This document shows, piece by piece, positions 24,206-36,402 of a stretch of DNA of 64,000 nucleotides. Source of the stretch: Lama glama. Lineage: Eukaryota. The DNA lies in assembly GCA_028534125.1 (NCBI GenBank), contig CM052816.1, positions 69,442,001-69,506,000 of the forward strand. The letters are read 5' to 3'. The notes beneath the pieces are model-generated. The model made no database searches, had not been told where the DNA came from, and saw only the letters and a list, made by a program, of their open reading frames with translations. Within the stretch, counting starts at the first letter, position 1. Each line of letters begins with the position of its first letter. The translations under genes and the position numbers were made by a program.

Positions 24206-25449
24206 AGTACTGCTACTGTTTCATGTGGTCTAAGATAGGGGGCCTCCTTGGTTTTTCCATGTCAGGGCTCCACAGTGTGGACCTTCAGCTTGTCAGTCTG
24301 GATGGTGGAAAGAGCATTCCACTAACGATATTCTTGTGGTAGGGATTGGAGTTTCTTTTTCGTTAGCAGAGCGCAAAAGAATTTCAGCTCCCTGTTGAGA
24401 AAACATTGTTGGAAATCATGGGCTTTCCTTGGTGTGGGAGTGTAAGAGGCCTCTGACTTTTCAGGCTTATCATGATGCCTCACACTGCCTGACTCAAGTG
24501 CCAGCACCTTTGGGTGTCTGTGGAGTGACTGAAAAGTTAATCAGTCTGATGAGGCAGCTGGAAGCCTGCTCTGGCCAAGCACTAGACTATTTATGCAAAT
24601 TAAAAACAGAAGTCTATAAACTGACCCCAGCTGTACTACCTCTAATGACTCCAAGCTGGGCTCTCAAGTATTTTGCTATTTTTAAAGTCAGTCATTTTTC
24701 CATGCCTGCATTTTTTTAAAAAACCATAACACATATGCAGTCAGAATTTTTCCATAAGCTTTAAAAATAGATGTAATATACCCTTAGGCTAGCTAGTTCT
24801 CTCCTTCAAAATTATATTGTGATAACTTCAGTCTATGGGATTTTTTTTTTCCTAGCTCCTCTCATCATTCCTTAAATATTTTGTTTTTTGAGCTAAAAAT
24901 GCTGGGATATAGTGGTCAAGATATTTAATCAAAGTGAATGGAATGAAGGAGTAAGCCATCGCTATCTTTCCTAGGTTGTTTATTTAGGCTTAGCTTGGTT
25001 TCCTTTTAAAATCACCTTGGCACTAAGACATACAGGATGACAGGAACTAGGTCTTAATCTGGAAGCATCCATTGTATGGTGGAATGAACTAAAAATAATG
25101 CAGCAACCAAGGGTTCTGGGGAGAAATCCGAATTTAGAGGCCAAAGGGGCAATAAATGTGGGGCATCTTTTCCTATTCTTCCTTGAGATAAGGAGGCCAG
25201 TGGTTTTGATGCCAAGAAGCTGACTGTGGCCTAAACTCTGGCCCTGGCTGAAATTAGATCTTCCTGGAGAAGTTACAAAAGGAATACATATTCATTGCAG
25301 ACAGTTTGGAAGATACCAAAAAGCTAAACAAAAAAACTTTTTAAATTAAACATTAGACAGCCATTGTGTCTGCTCTCTGTTCAGTTTACTGTTCAGTCCC
25401 TTTTAAGGATTTTTTACAGAGAATTGTGCCATGTAGATGGAGACTAATT

Positions 25450-25768
25450 TTTTTAGGCCGGGTGAGGGAGGAGGGTCACAGGGTACGATCATCTTGAGCA
25501 CAATTCTCTGATTGGTTGATATCAAGGTAACAGGGCAGTCAACACTATCAACCCCTGGGTGCCAGAAGGTTTGGGGGGGGTGGGGGTCCCTGTGCTCTAG
25601 ATCATTAAGTAGTTAATTTCTTCCCTTTGGTGGTGGTTTTTAGCATCTGAAAAACTCAGGAAATAGGCATGAGATCCTATTATCTGGGTACTTCGGAGAG
25701 GAGCTACAGCACAGGGTATGGGGAGGGGTCTGTCCCGGGACGTCCTCACAGGGTCCTGCTAGGTTAGA
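25450..25768 (-). mobile_element. ERV1-type LTR fragment (laurasiatherian family)
   Basis: cacaattctctgattggttgat...tagttaatttcttcc...ggggtctgtcccggga...cagggtcctgctaggtta resembles an antisense LTR U3 end. Confidence 0.6.
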
Positions 25769-26039
25769 AGACCACTGGGACACCTTGGCCCCAGTGCTTT
25801 TACTGTGGCAAAGGGAAGCTGGGAGTTTCTTCACTAGCAGCTGCAGGAGACTTCTAAATGGACTTCTTCTCTGACTAAGAGAAGACACTGCTTAACTGCA
25901 GGAGTTGAAGGGAGGGAGGGTGTGGATGGCTAAGAAAGTGTTCCCACTCCTCCAGGGGCTTGTCATCCAAGGGACTCAGGCCTGAAGACTCCTGACACTC
26001 TCCAGACGTCCCCTCCCCCTCTAGAGAAGGCTTCAGTCA

Positions 26040-26900
26040 CCAGAGGTCCTAGGGGCCCAGGGAAATTTCATGAGTAAGTGTCTCAGATGCCCGTGGCTGC
26101 CATACATCCTTCTCCCTCTTAATGTGTACCTAAAGCCCCATGAGGAGGCATCCATGGCTAGTTGGCCAATGAATAAAAAAAATTTACATAATTCTGCATG
26201 ATTTTCCAACACCACCCAAAAGTGGATGGCTGCAGTGCTCCAGCCCTACCCAAGGTGGCTCCGAAGGATAGTATTTAAGGAAAACCTAACTCCTAATGGG
26301 CAGAACTTTGGGCAGTGCATCTGATGGCTCATTTTGTCTGGAAGAAGAGATGGCTAGAGGTTCAGATCTACATGGATAATGGGCAGTTGCTTATGGTTGA
26401 GGTGGATAGTCAGAGACTGGAAAGGAATGTGATTGGAAAATTGCTGACGAAGAGGTCTGAGAAACTGGGATGTGACCAGACAGCATTCAGACAGAGGGTG
26501 AAGATATTTTGTCTCATGTCAGTGCTTCCCAAAGAACAAGTTCAGCAGAAGAGGATTTTAATAATCAGGTGGGCAAAGTTGGCCTGTTCTGGGATGTTAG
26601 TCATATGAGCTCTGAACCATATAAGGATGAAGTTTTATGTGTGGCCTCACAACATGTATTTCTTCTCACCAGGCTGATCTGGCTGCAGCAGCTGCCAAGT
26701 GCCCAGCCTTCCAAGAGCAGAGACGAGCACTGAGTCCTGATGCAGCACCATTTTCTGGGGGCAGGAGTGGGGAAGGGGAGAACCAGCCAGCTACCTGGAG
26801 GCAGATTAATTACATTGGACCACTTCCATCACAGAAGTGGCAGCACCTTGTTCTCAATGGAATAGATACCTGCCCTGGTTGGGGACTGCCTTCCCTGCTT
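26040..26900 (+). mobile_element. ERVL internal fossil: pol RNase H and integrase N-terminal/core region, frameshifted
   Basis: Fragments across frames: WAEL..VHL..HFVWKKRWLEVQIY; SHVSASQRTSSAEEDFNNQV; ADLAAAAAKCPAFQEQRRALSP; QPATWRQINYIGPLP..QHLVLNGIDTCPG, collinear with ERVL pol. Confidence 0.88.
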
Positions 26901-27029
26901 TTGACATACTTGGGCTCACTCACTTCTTCTAGCTTCTACAGATCCTTCAGCTTCTTTAAATCCTGGGACAAAGGCATGTGTAGCTCTGTGGTAAAAGGTG
27001 CCAGCTTCTGCAGGTCACCCACAACATCA

Positions 27030-27492
27030 GAGTTGGAGATGGTGAGAGACAGATGTGGATTCAAGACCTAGGGTTTGGAAGAGTGTTTCGTGAAGGTACC
27101 ATTTATGTTGGTGTCAGCAGGGGTAGGAAAATCAACGAGATGGAGACGCTCCAGGAACCAGCCATAGAGGAAGCCGTTACCTTCTCCATGCACGAAGGGA
27201 CAAAGGACAGGACCAATGTTACTACTGTCCATTGAGAGCTTGAGCCGGGCAAGAAGGCCACCAACAAGAGCCGTAAAGGTAGAGGAATGCAGCCACTGCC
27301 ACACTCTGCCACAGCAGGACAGGAGTAGTGGGGGGACTAACACAGCCCCCTTCAATCCCCACCTCCTTGTCTTCAGCGGATATTTCCCACTGGCAAGGGA
27401 GCCTGGATGATGCAGTTGGTAGGAGTGAGTAGACTGGGGCAGAGAATGGAAGTGAGGGAGAGGGAGATGAGCAAACTGAGATAATAGCTACA
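27030..27492 (-). mobile_element. LTR33-like ERVL LTR
   Basis: gaggaagccgttacc...gaagggacaaagg...ggcaagggagcctggatgatgcagt...gcaaactgagataatagctaca. Confidence 0.65.
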
Positions 27493-28057
27493 TTTAGGGA
27501 AAAAGGCATTAGGGCTCATCACAGAGAGGTGATCTATAGCAATTCCTGTTGTGCTGTGTGAATTGGAGAGTGAGTAGAGGAGGGCAAGTTATTTTTTAGC
27601 CAGTATCCAGTTGGAACAGTTCATTGGCAATATCAATAACAAATATCTTTGCAGAGTGTTCCCCAACCAAGGATCACAAGTTACTGCAAACCCCACATTG
27701 ATAAAATTGTTCAATTTTCCCTTCTTAAAGGAAACTGGTGCCCAGAACAATTAAGCTGGGTTAGTGGGAAGAGAATTTAGGTCTAGTAGTTCAGGCTCTT
27801 CCCACTCTATCATGAGCTTTCTGAAACTGAGGAGAACGGGCAGCATGTGTGTGTGTACGTATGTATGTAAGGCGTAAATGCTTCTGAGCCCTGAAGTTTT
27901 CCCATTTGCACACTCATTCAGCTTTTTAAAAAATGAGATATAATTAGCATAGTTCATTTTATTAGTTTCAGGTATGCAGCATAATGATCCCATATTTGGT
28001 CACCAGAGTAAGTCTAGTTAACATCCATCACCACACAAAGTTATAATTTTTTTTCTT

Positions 28058-28190
28058 TTGTGTATATATATTTTTATTGAAGTATAGTTAGTTTACAGTG
28101 TGTCAATTTCTGGTGTACAGCATAATGCTTCAGTCACACAGGAACATGCATATATTTGTTTTCATGTTGTTTTTCACCATAAGTTACTAA
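28058..28190 (-). mobile_element. Short camelid L1 3' tail nested in the older L1
   Basis: ttttattgaagtatagttagtttaca...tctggtgtacagcat; 13-bp TSD AATTTTTTTTCTT 28045-28057 and AATTTTTTATCTT 28191-28203. Confidence 0.8.
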
Positions 28191-28569
28191 AATTTTTTAT
28201 CTTGTGATGAGAACTTTTAAGATCTACTTCTTTAGCAACTTTCAAATATGCAAATCAGAATTATTAGCTAGAGTCACCATGGCCTACATTCCAATGCCAT
28301 GACTTATTTACTTTGTAACTGGAAGTTTGCACTTTTTGACCACATTCACCCATGTCACCAACACCCTTCCCCTGCCTCTGGGAACCACCAATCTGTTCTC
28401 TGTATGAGTTCACTGTTTGAGGAGGGAGGGCATTAGTTTAAATTTCATATGTAAGTGAGATCATATAATTATTTTTCTTTGACTTATTTCACTTAGCCTA
28501 TTGCTGTCAAGGGTCATCCATATTGTTGCAAATGGCAAGATTGCCTTTTTCATGGCTGAGTAATATTTC

Positions 28570-28571
<2 letters not shown>

Positions 28572-28618
<47 letters not shown>
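28572..28618. repeat. (TG)23 microsatellite
   Basis: Perfect TG run. Confidence 0.97.
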
Positions 28619-28620
<2 letters not shown>

Positions 28621-28740
28621 CTTTATATATTCTTCCATCAATGGACACAAGTTCTTTCCTTATCTTAGATATTGTAAATAATACTGCAATGAACAGTATT
28701 TAAGTACTTTCTAAGTACTTAAATATTGAATTAACTCATT

Positions 28741-29807
28741 AAGATTTTAAATTATAAAACTCCTAGAGGAACATAGGGGAAAAGTTCCTTGACATTGGTC
28801 TTGGCAATGATTTTTTGAATATCACACATGCACACAATGGAATATTATTCAGCCACGAGAAAGAAGGAAATCCTACCATTTGTAACAACATGGATGGACC
28901 CTGAGGGCATTAGGCTGAGCGAAATAAGGCAGACAGAGAAAGGTAAATACTACACTATCTCATCTCACATGTGAAATCTAAAAACATCAAACTCACAGAA
29001 ACAGAGGGTAGAATGGTAGTTGCTAGAGGCTGAGAGAGGAGGGAAATGAAGAGATGTTGCTCAAAGGATACAAACTTTCAGTTATAAGATGTTCTGGGGA
29101 TCTAATGTACAGCATAATGACTGTAGTTAACAATACAGTGATGTATACTTGAAAGTTGCTATGAGTGTAACAACAACAAAATGGCAATCATGAGGTAAGG
29201 GATGTGTTGACTAACATTTTTTTCCCATTTTTTTAAATTGATGTATAGTTGATTTACAATGTTGTATTCGTTTCTGGTGTACAGCATAGTGATTCAGTTA
29301 TACAAATATATATACACATATTCATTTTCATTACAGATTACTACAAGCCATTGAATATTTTTCCCTGTGCTAGACAGTAGGACTCTGTTGTTTATCTATT
29401 CTGTACGCAGTAGTTAGTATCTGCCAATCCCAAACTCCCAATTTACCCTCCCTCCTCTCCTCCTTTCAGTAACCATAAGTTTGTTTTCTATATCTGTCGG
29501 TCTCTTTCTGTTTTATTAAGTAAGTTCGTTTGTGTCATTTTTTTAGATTCCACATGTAAGTGATACCATATGGTATTTGTCTTTCTTTTGACTGACTTCA
29601 TTTAGTATGATGATCTCTAGGTCCATCCATGCTGCTGCAAATGACATTATTTCATTCCTTTTTATGGCTGAGTAACATTGTGGACTAACATTATTGTGGT
29701 AAACATTTTGAAATTATATATGTGTATCAAATTATCACATTGTATATCTTACATTGTATAACACAATGTTATATGTCAATTATATCTCAGTAGAGCTAGG
29801 GGAAGTG
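28741..29807 (+). mobile_element. L1 (L1MA9-like), internally deleted, with TSD
   Basis: IKLLEE..GEKFLDIGLGNDFLNIT jumps to TMEYYSA..KEILPFVTTWMD; 3' UTR ends aattatatctcag; TSD GAATTAACTCATT 28728-28740 and GAATTAACTCTTT 29808-29820. Confidence 0.85.
29219..29682 (-). mobile_element. Camelid/cetartiodactyl L1 3' end nested antisense in the L1MA9-like copy
   Basis: T-rich tail, aattgatgtatagttgatttacaatgttg...ccctgtgctagacagtagga...ttagattccacatgtaagtgata; perfect 10-bp TSD GACTAACATT at 29209-29218 and 29683-29692. Confidence 0.93.
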
Positions 29808-30811
29808 GAATTAACTCTTTTGGGATACCACATAACATGATATAACATGACATTCAGTTACATTATTAAGGTAAAATAGGCAGCAAAGTCCACACCAAGG
29901 AAAAGGTTTTTAAAACTTTGTGTCCTGATCCCAGAGGCTCATTTTTATCTCCCATCCTGCCTTGTATCCGCCCTCCTGGGCTGTTAATCCTTCAGGTGGT
30001 TCTAATTACAAACAGCTGTCCTGAGTGGCCCTCCAGTACCCAGGGGCTTTCCTCCACTGCTCAGAAGTCTTGCCTCCTCTTTCCTCTGTCCTAGTTTCAC
30101 AAATGATGATTTAGGAACTTTCAGATACAAAGGGCGAGGCCAGCCCCTGACCTCCCCTGTGCTCTGCAAGAGTAGGCCCCACCATCTGCCAATGACTACC
30201 TTATCTCGTCTGGATACAGTAGTAGACAGTAGAGGCGCCTTCAAGATTCTGGAGTCCTCTTGCCCTCATCACTTCTTTGTTCCCTCCGTCGAACACCGTA
30301 AAGACTTCCTATTTTCTCCTTGACAGTTGCTGCCTTCTTTCCCTCATGCTTACCCTGGGCTAGAACCTGACCTGCTCATCCTTAGATGGGCCTCAGTACC
30401 TCTTAACTGAGCTTCCTGCTGCTAGACTCTGCTCTTACATTCTGCCCTGTTTTCTAGGAACCAGTACTATTTCTAGGACATCTCCTGAGGGAACTGTAAC
30501 AGGGTCCTCTCAGAGCCTGACCGCCTCAGTCATGGAATCCATGCCCCTTTCAACCAGTCACATCTCTGGACGGGGTGCTCTCATTCCAGTCAGGCTGGTT
30601 CCTTATAGGCCATGCTCCACCCTGCCTTTTCAAGTCACTTTCAGTGTCCCATTCCCTCCTTAAATCAAGTTCTCTATCTCAAGGCTGTCTGTGTTCCACC
30701 TCTTTGCTGGGGTTTGGATTTTAGGCCCCAACAGTATTTTATTGAGTCCAGACCTTAACTTCCCTCCTGCTAGGACCCAACTAATCCTTAATAAACATGG
30801 GTGAAAAAATT

Positions 30812-31030
30812 GCTTTGAATGCTTATTATATGTCAGATACCATTCTAAGTGATTTATAGCTTTTACATGTATTATCTAATTTAATCCAAGCAATTCTATG
30901 GAGGTGGTTTTTATCCTCAATATTTAACAGATGAGAAAATTAAGGCATGTTGGCATTAAATAATTTGTTCCAAGTTGCCCAGACTTGCGAGCCTGACCTT
31001 ACATGGAATTTATCTCCCAAATCTACGTTT
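30812..31030 (-). mobile_element. MIR
   Basis: ttgaatgcttattatatgtcagatacc...acagatgagaaaattaaggc...taaataatttgttccaag. Confidence 0.75.
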
Positions 31031-34000
31031 TTGGCATCCTCTTAAAAGCACGTGGGCCTTTTGTGAGCCCACAGCACATCTTAATATTTCACTATTGTTT
31101 TCTCCCAATTGGTTGATGCAATGAATCAGATACAAATGTAGGTATTCAGTATTAAACTACCTTATTTGATGAGGCATGGATTGAAAACGGTCACAATTTC
31201 ACATAAAATCTCACACCTATGGTTCTTCCAATAGAAACCCTTTCTGAGCAAAAGCATAATCAGGTAGTGTAAGCATTTTGTCTCCTAAGGAATTGCTTTA
31301 GCTTTTGGTCATTTGATAGGTTGCCTACACTGCATTTTTTTCCCATTGGGACTGATTTAACTTGCTTAATTTTGTACTTGTCACACACAGTGAACACGAT
31401 GAATCCTTCTGTATTACAGATTTACCAAACACATCTGGTAATTTACTAAAAATGCACCATGGCCCGAATTGTCCCGTACAAAGGCAGCATCTTGTTCAAC
31501 TGTGAACAGACTTCTGTTCCTTTCCCAAGGGTTGTATCTGTGATGTTGTGAAGGCTGGGACATCACTCATTATCGACTTGCATGTTTAAACAAGTCATTG
31601 CCCTCCTTTCTTTTTTCAATACAAGGGATGTTTTAGTCTTTTGTAAAATGTAGCCTATCACTTCTGATATGATACAAAACAGCATTTCCTCCCTCTTGGT
31701 CTCATGACCCAGCAGCTTCCCTCTCTGTTTTAGAATTTCAGACAATGATACAAAGTTTTATTTACTGTCAGTCTGTGGTGCATTCTGTACAAAATAACAG
31801 GAAATTTTAGTAACTCAAGTGGAACCCCCAAAGGAAAGGTAAGATTTGAGGAAACTACCACCCCTACCCCAACCCTGCAAAATATAAATAAACCTACCAA
31901 AATAACCAACCATATCATACTAGACTCAAGACAAAGGCCTTAAGAGAGGCTTTCCTGTATGAAAATGGGCTTGTGTGTCACGTGTGTTTCTTGGATTCAC
32001 ATATTCTTAAACATTTTGAGAGTAATTTATCAAGTTTTACGATTGTGATGTGTCAAATCATTTTCATAAAATGATGTTTGATATCCTGAGAACTGAATAT
32101 TTTGTTACTGCTTGGTTCTGTAAAATGTCCCATGAACAATACCACTGATGACTGATGTTCCTTTATATACTCAGTAACTGTAGCCTTCTCCTGAGAGATT
32201 TGAGCAAAGAATTAGACTCCCACCCATCATAATAACCAAACATCTAATGACTGTTAATTATTTCTCATAAGAATGCTGAGGCTGAGAGAAGAAAAATGCA
32301 AGACTTAATTTCTTAATTTCGAATAAGAGCTACACATGGTTTCAATATTATTATGATTTCCTTTTCTTATGATAAGCAAATAGTTGCCTTATTGAAGTGT
32401 CCCTCTTTGGAAAAACAAAATTGTTTATCCTACTAGGAAGTGAGGGAGTTATCCAAGCATCCAGCCTTCTTATAGAAGAGAATCACATTAGGGCTCTAAC
32501 ATGTTTTTAAAAGAGCATAAACTGAGTTCTCACTTAACATTAGTGAATTAAGATTCAGGACTATCAAAGACCGGGCAACATTTGCTACTTTTCTTCTTTT
32601 CCTTCTAAATATGTTCTAAAAATTGGGGACCCATGAGGATCACTGACATAAGACAAAAGTAGATGTTTTTCCTTGATGAATGGAAACAAAGCATTGCTTA
32701 CGTCTTAGTACTTCGTATGCGCTCTGGAACATTTAATCAAGTAGTCTAGACATCATCAAAATGATATGGTTGTATGGAGAATATTTATAAAAAATAAATC
32801 ACCATGATTTTGAGACTGAAAGTTGTTCTTCCAACACAGCACTTTCCTATAATAATTTATCAATATTTCATGTCTACAGAATGAGAGCTTTACCTCATCG
32901 TATGCTCACAACAGAGATTTCAACTACAAAGAGGAGCACAGTGATCTTGCACTTTCCTGCATGAGTGTCTGCCACAGAGGGACGTAGTCTTATGTCCACT
33001 ATGTAGCATGCAAGTTTTTGTTCACCACTGGAGTGTGGATGTGGTTTTTACCAATGGAAGTCAGCCAATGGGCCAAGCAGCCAAATAAAATGTGTTTGAA
33101 TTGCAACAGAGGTCTCCTGATGCACTTGACTGCTTTCAAGTAAATGACACAAAATCCAGAGCTTTGTGGCACACAAAGCCAGCCTGCTTTTACTGAACTG
33201 CCCAGCTTACAGTTTTTATTTTTTATTCTATTTTGAGCCACGCTGCAGAAAGCCAAAGAAGAATCAACAAAATCTCATCTTCTCATTGCTCTTTAGTTTA
33301 CTCTTTTGCTTAGTTTATTTCATTTCATCAATGTGTTAAAGATGACATTGTAACTCCAAAGCTGAGTAATTTCCCTGAGGTGGTTGATGGTGGAAGCAAG
33401 ATTCTTCTTGTCTCTAGACTAAGTCAAAGGCACTGTCTCTGAAATACACAATGCTTCCTACAAAGATTTCAGTACACAGGATAACAGCCAGCACCTGAGT
33501 TGTTACTTAATCCTAACAACAGCCTTGGCTAACTAGATAAATACAGATACATCTCAACCTAACACTTCACGCAAAAGATTGTTTCCAAATAGTTAAAAGC
33601 CCCCAAAGTGACAGGTAACGCCATGAAGTCATTGAATAGGTAGACTCTTGCCTTTGTGGCAGGAAAGAACTTTTTAACTTCAGAAGTTCCAGCCATAAGG
33701 TCCAAAGTTAGGTGTGATTACAATTTTTTGTTCAGCCAGGGACATCATGGGCAAAGTTGAAAGATGACAAAGGAGATACATCTTTGAAACATTAGAATGA
33801 TTGCCTATCGTGAGGTAGGGGTTGTAGGGATAAAGGAAGTAAATAAATCAAGAGAGGGGCCCTGAATGGACCAGTAATGATAGTATAAGATGCTATGAGC
33901 TAAAGGATCTGATCCACTCAACCCTCTGCACATGGAATACCATGACAAAGGTGTGTTAGAAGAAACTCAGGCATCCGGTGGACAAAGGCTTTTAAACAGC

Positions 34001-34324
34001 TTAAAGGTAAGATGAAATTAAAAGGGTATTTTCACAAGTGTTGCTATGGATCATGCTTCGGGCATTTACTGTTCAAGACATATGAGAATGGTCTCCCTTT
34101 TCAAATATCTTAGGCTACTGAATCAGGTTTCTTTAAACATGACACATGGACCTCTCCCAGCCCCCACTACCAAGTTCCTCTGTGCTGTGTAACTGTGCAG
34201 CTAACACACACACACGTGCCTGGCACTGGAGTAGGCTCTGAGGCTGTGCAGTCCATTGAGAAGCGGTGTTCTTCCTCCGAGGAACCCAGCCTGGTAAGGG
34301 AGAAAGCAGAAACAGCAGCAGCAT

Positions 34325-34560
34325 CCAACAGTTACATAATGCTGACTGTGTGCCAGGTACTGTTCACGTGTCTGACATTAACTCTTAATCCTAATAACCC
34401 AGTGATGTAGGCATTTGTTTCTTTACCTATAAATCAGGGTAAAAAAGTTACAGAGAAGTTATGTAACATGCCTGGGATCACAGAACTTGAAAGAGGTAAA
34501 GCCAAAATTCCAACCCAGGTAGACTGGCTATATAGCATCTAGACTATTAACAACTACACA
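34325..34560 (-). mobile_element. MIR, near full length
   Basis: actgtgtgccaggtactgtt...cagagaagttatgtaacatgcctgggatcacag...caacccagg...ttaacaactacac. Confidence 0.8.
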
Positions 34561-34699
34561 CAAGACAGTATGTTAAATGCCAGTATATAAATACACAGAA
34601 GATAAGTGCTTTGTTCACAAAGAGGAGGGCACTTCTCAAATTAAGGGTAGTTAAGTAGTGTTCTATATAACATCCTCTGTGATTTTGAATGTTACAATT

Positions 34700-35650
34700 T
34701 TTGAATTGATATATCAATTTGAGAATTCATATCTCTCCAGCAGTCTTTCTATCCATGAACATCATATATATTCAGGTTTTAGATTTCTCTCAAAATCTTA
34801 TAGTTGAAAGAATTATTCTTAGGTGTTTTTGAAATTTCTATTTTAAAGATTATTTTAAAGAAGATCTCCTAACTTTGTTGCTGAGAAACTAGAAACATAT
34901 TTTATATTGATTTTTAAGGAGTAACAAGATTTCATTTTCATTTTAATAATGGATATGTAGATTTCTGTTTTATCTGCAGATGAGTTGTTTCTTTCTTTCC
35001 ATCTTTATTATTCATATTTTTGGTTTGATTATGCCGTCCAGGACCTTCAGGATAATGTAACAGAAGCAGTGATAACTGGCAACCTTGTCTTTTCTGATTT
35101 TAAAGCAAAGGCTTTTAAATGTTTCATTATTGAATATGTGTGCCTAAATTTTTGGTAAATATCCCTCACAATCCGAATAAATTCCCTTTTCTTCTTAAAT
35201 TGCCAACTGGGAATGTTGCTATGCGCTGAATTGCCTTACCCCCACCCCGAAATTCACATGTTCAAGCCCCAACTCCCAGTACCTCAGAAAGTGATTGGAT
35301 CTGCAGATAGGGGCTTTAAGAAGGTCAGTTAAAACGAGGTAGTGAGGGTGGGCCCTAATTCCGACGTAATTGGAGTCTTTATAAAGAGATGGATGAGGAC
35401 ACGCGGAGAGTCACGGGGGACGCGCATGCGCAGAGGAAAGACCGCGTTGGGAGCCATCTGCCAGCTGAGGAGCGAGGCCTCAGAAGAAACCCACTCGAAG
35501 TTTTAAGGTTGGAATTTTTTGTTAATGGAATGTTTGGTAAACTTGCTGGTAAAACGTCTGGCATGGTGCTTCTGTAAGAAGGTTTTAAAATTGCTGTTTC
35601 TTTAATGGTAATGTGTCTTTTTTTCATTCAATGTTCTGGTCATTTGTGGT
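34700..35650 (-). mobile_element. Old L1 ORF2 fragment interrupted by an MLT1 LTR
   Basis: tctatccatgaacat...ccaggaccttcag..aatgt..agaagcagtgata..ggcaaccttgtctt antisense RT region; L1-like sequence resumes at ~35505. Confidence 0.6.
35217..35494 (+). mobile_element. MaLR LTR (MLT1A/B-like), 3'-truncated
   Basis: tgctatgcgctgaattg...aaattcacatgtt...ccagtacctcagaa...agggtgggccctaat...gccatctgccagc...gaggcctcagaagaaacc. Confidence 0.88.
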
Positions 35651-36402
35651 CTTTGCGGTCTGGAAATGCATAGTCTTGGGATGTGGAATGTTTGCTAGAA
35701 TTATCTGATAATTGCTTTCCACCATTGCCTTTGTTTTCCTTTGTTCATTTGAAACATCTGATTATCAGGCCTCCAGGTTGATGATATGCTAATTTTCTTT
35801 GCTCGGCTGCCTCTCATCTAATTGGATGATTTCCTCAGCCTTCTTCTAGCTGTACTGAATTTACTCTTTGCTTTTTTGTCTTACCTGGTGTCTCTAAGGT
35901 CAAGCCCTCTCCAGTTAAACCTCAGGAGTAAACTTTCATTCTGGTCTTTGGGGAGATAATGGGGTGGTGACCTGGCGTTGAGGAGTGAGGCAGATTGGTG
36001 GGCTAAAATGAGCCTTCTAAAGACTCACAGCTGTCTTGTTTTCAGTCTTTCTCAGTTCAGAGAATCAGGTGCTTCTTATTTCTGAGCTGGTGGGAGTTCT
36101 GAAGCAAGAATCTGCTTTTTGCTGGCTTTCCCCAGTCTAGAACTTAGGCAAGGCTTAGAAGAGAATTTTAAAGTCATAGGAGTTACCAGATGTAGTAAAT
36201 GAGCAAACAGTGTGTGCGATGACCCCTGTAGAATTCAGTGTCTGGACACTTCTACTTGGCTTAAGAGTTATTCTTATGAAAGACGTTATCTCAGCTATTA
36301 AGGAATAATACATTCAATCAAGGCAAGAATGAAGCAAAGTAAGCACTCCCTACTTTGGAGTTGGGGTAGAGGAAAGAAGACTAGAAGCTAATACATGAGT
36401 AT

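Larger units (their letters stand above)
27925..28696 (-). mobile_element. L1 3' end (L1MA9-like)
   Basis: gtctagttaacatccatcaccacac...cttgtgatgagaacttttaagatctac...atgtaagtgagatcat...attgtaaataatactgcaatgaaca. Confidence 0.85.

Noticed and set aside
26637..27071. 144-aa ORF as a domesticated integrase
   Set aside because: Zinc-finger CxxC and the first catalytic Asp are altered, neighbouring pol segments are frameshifted, and homology stops near 26900.
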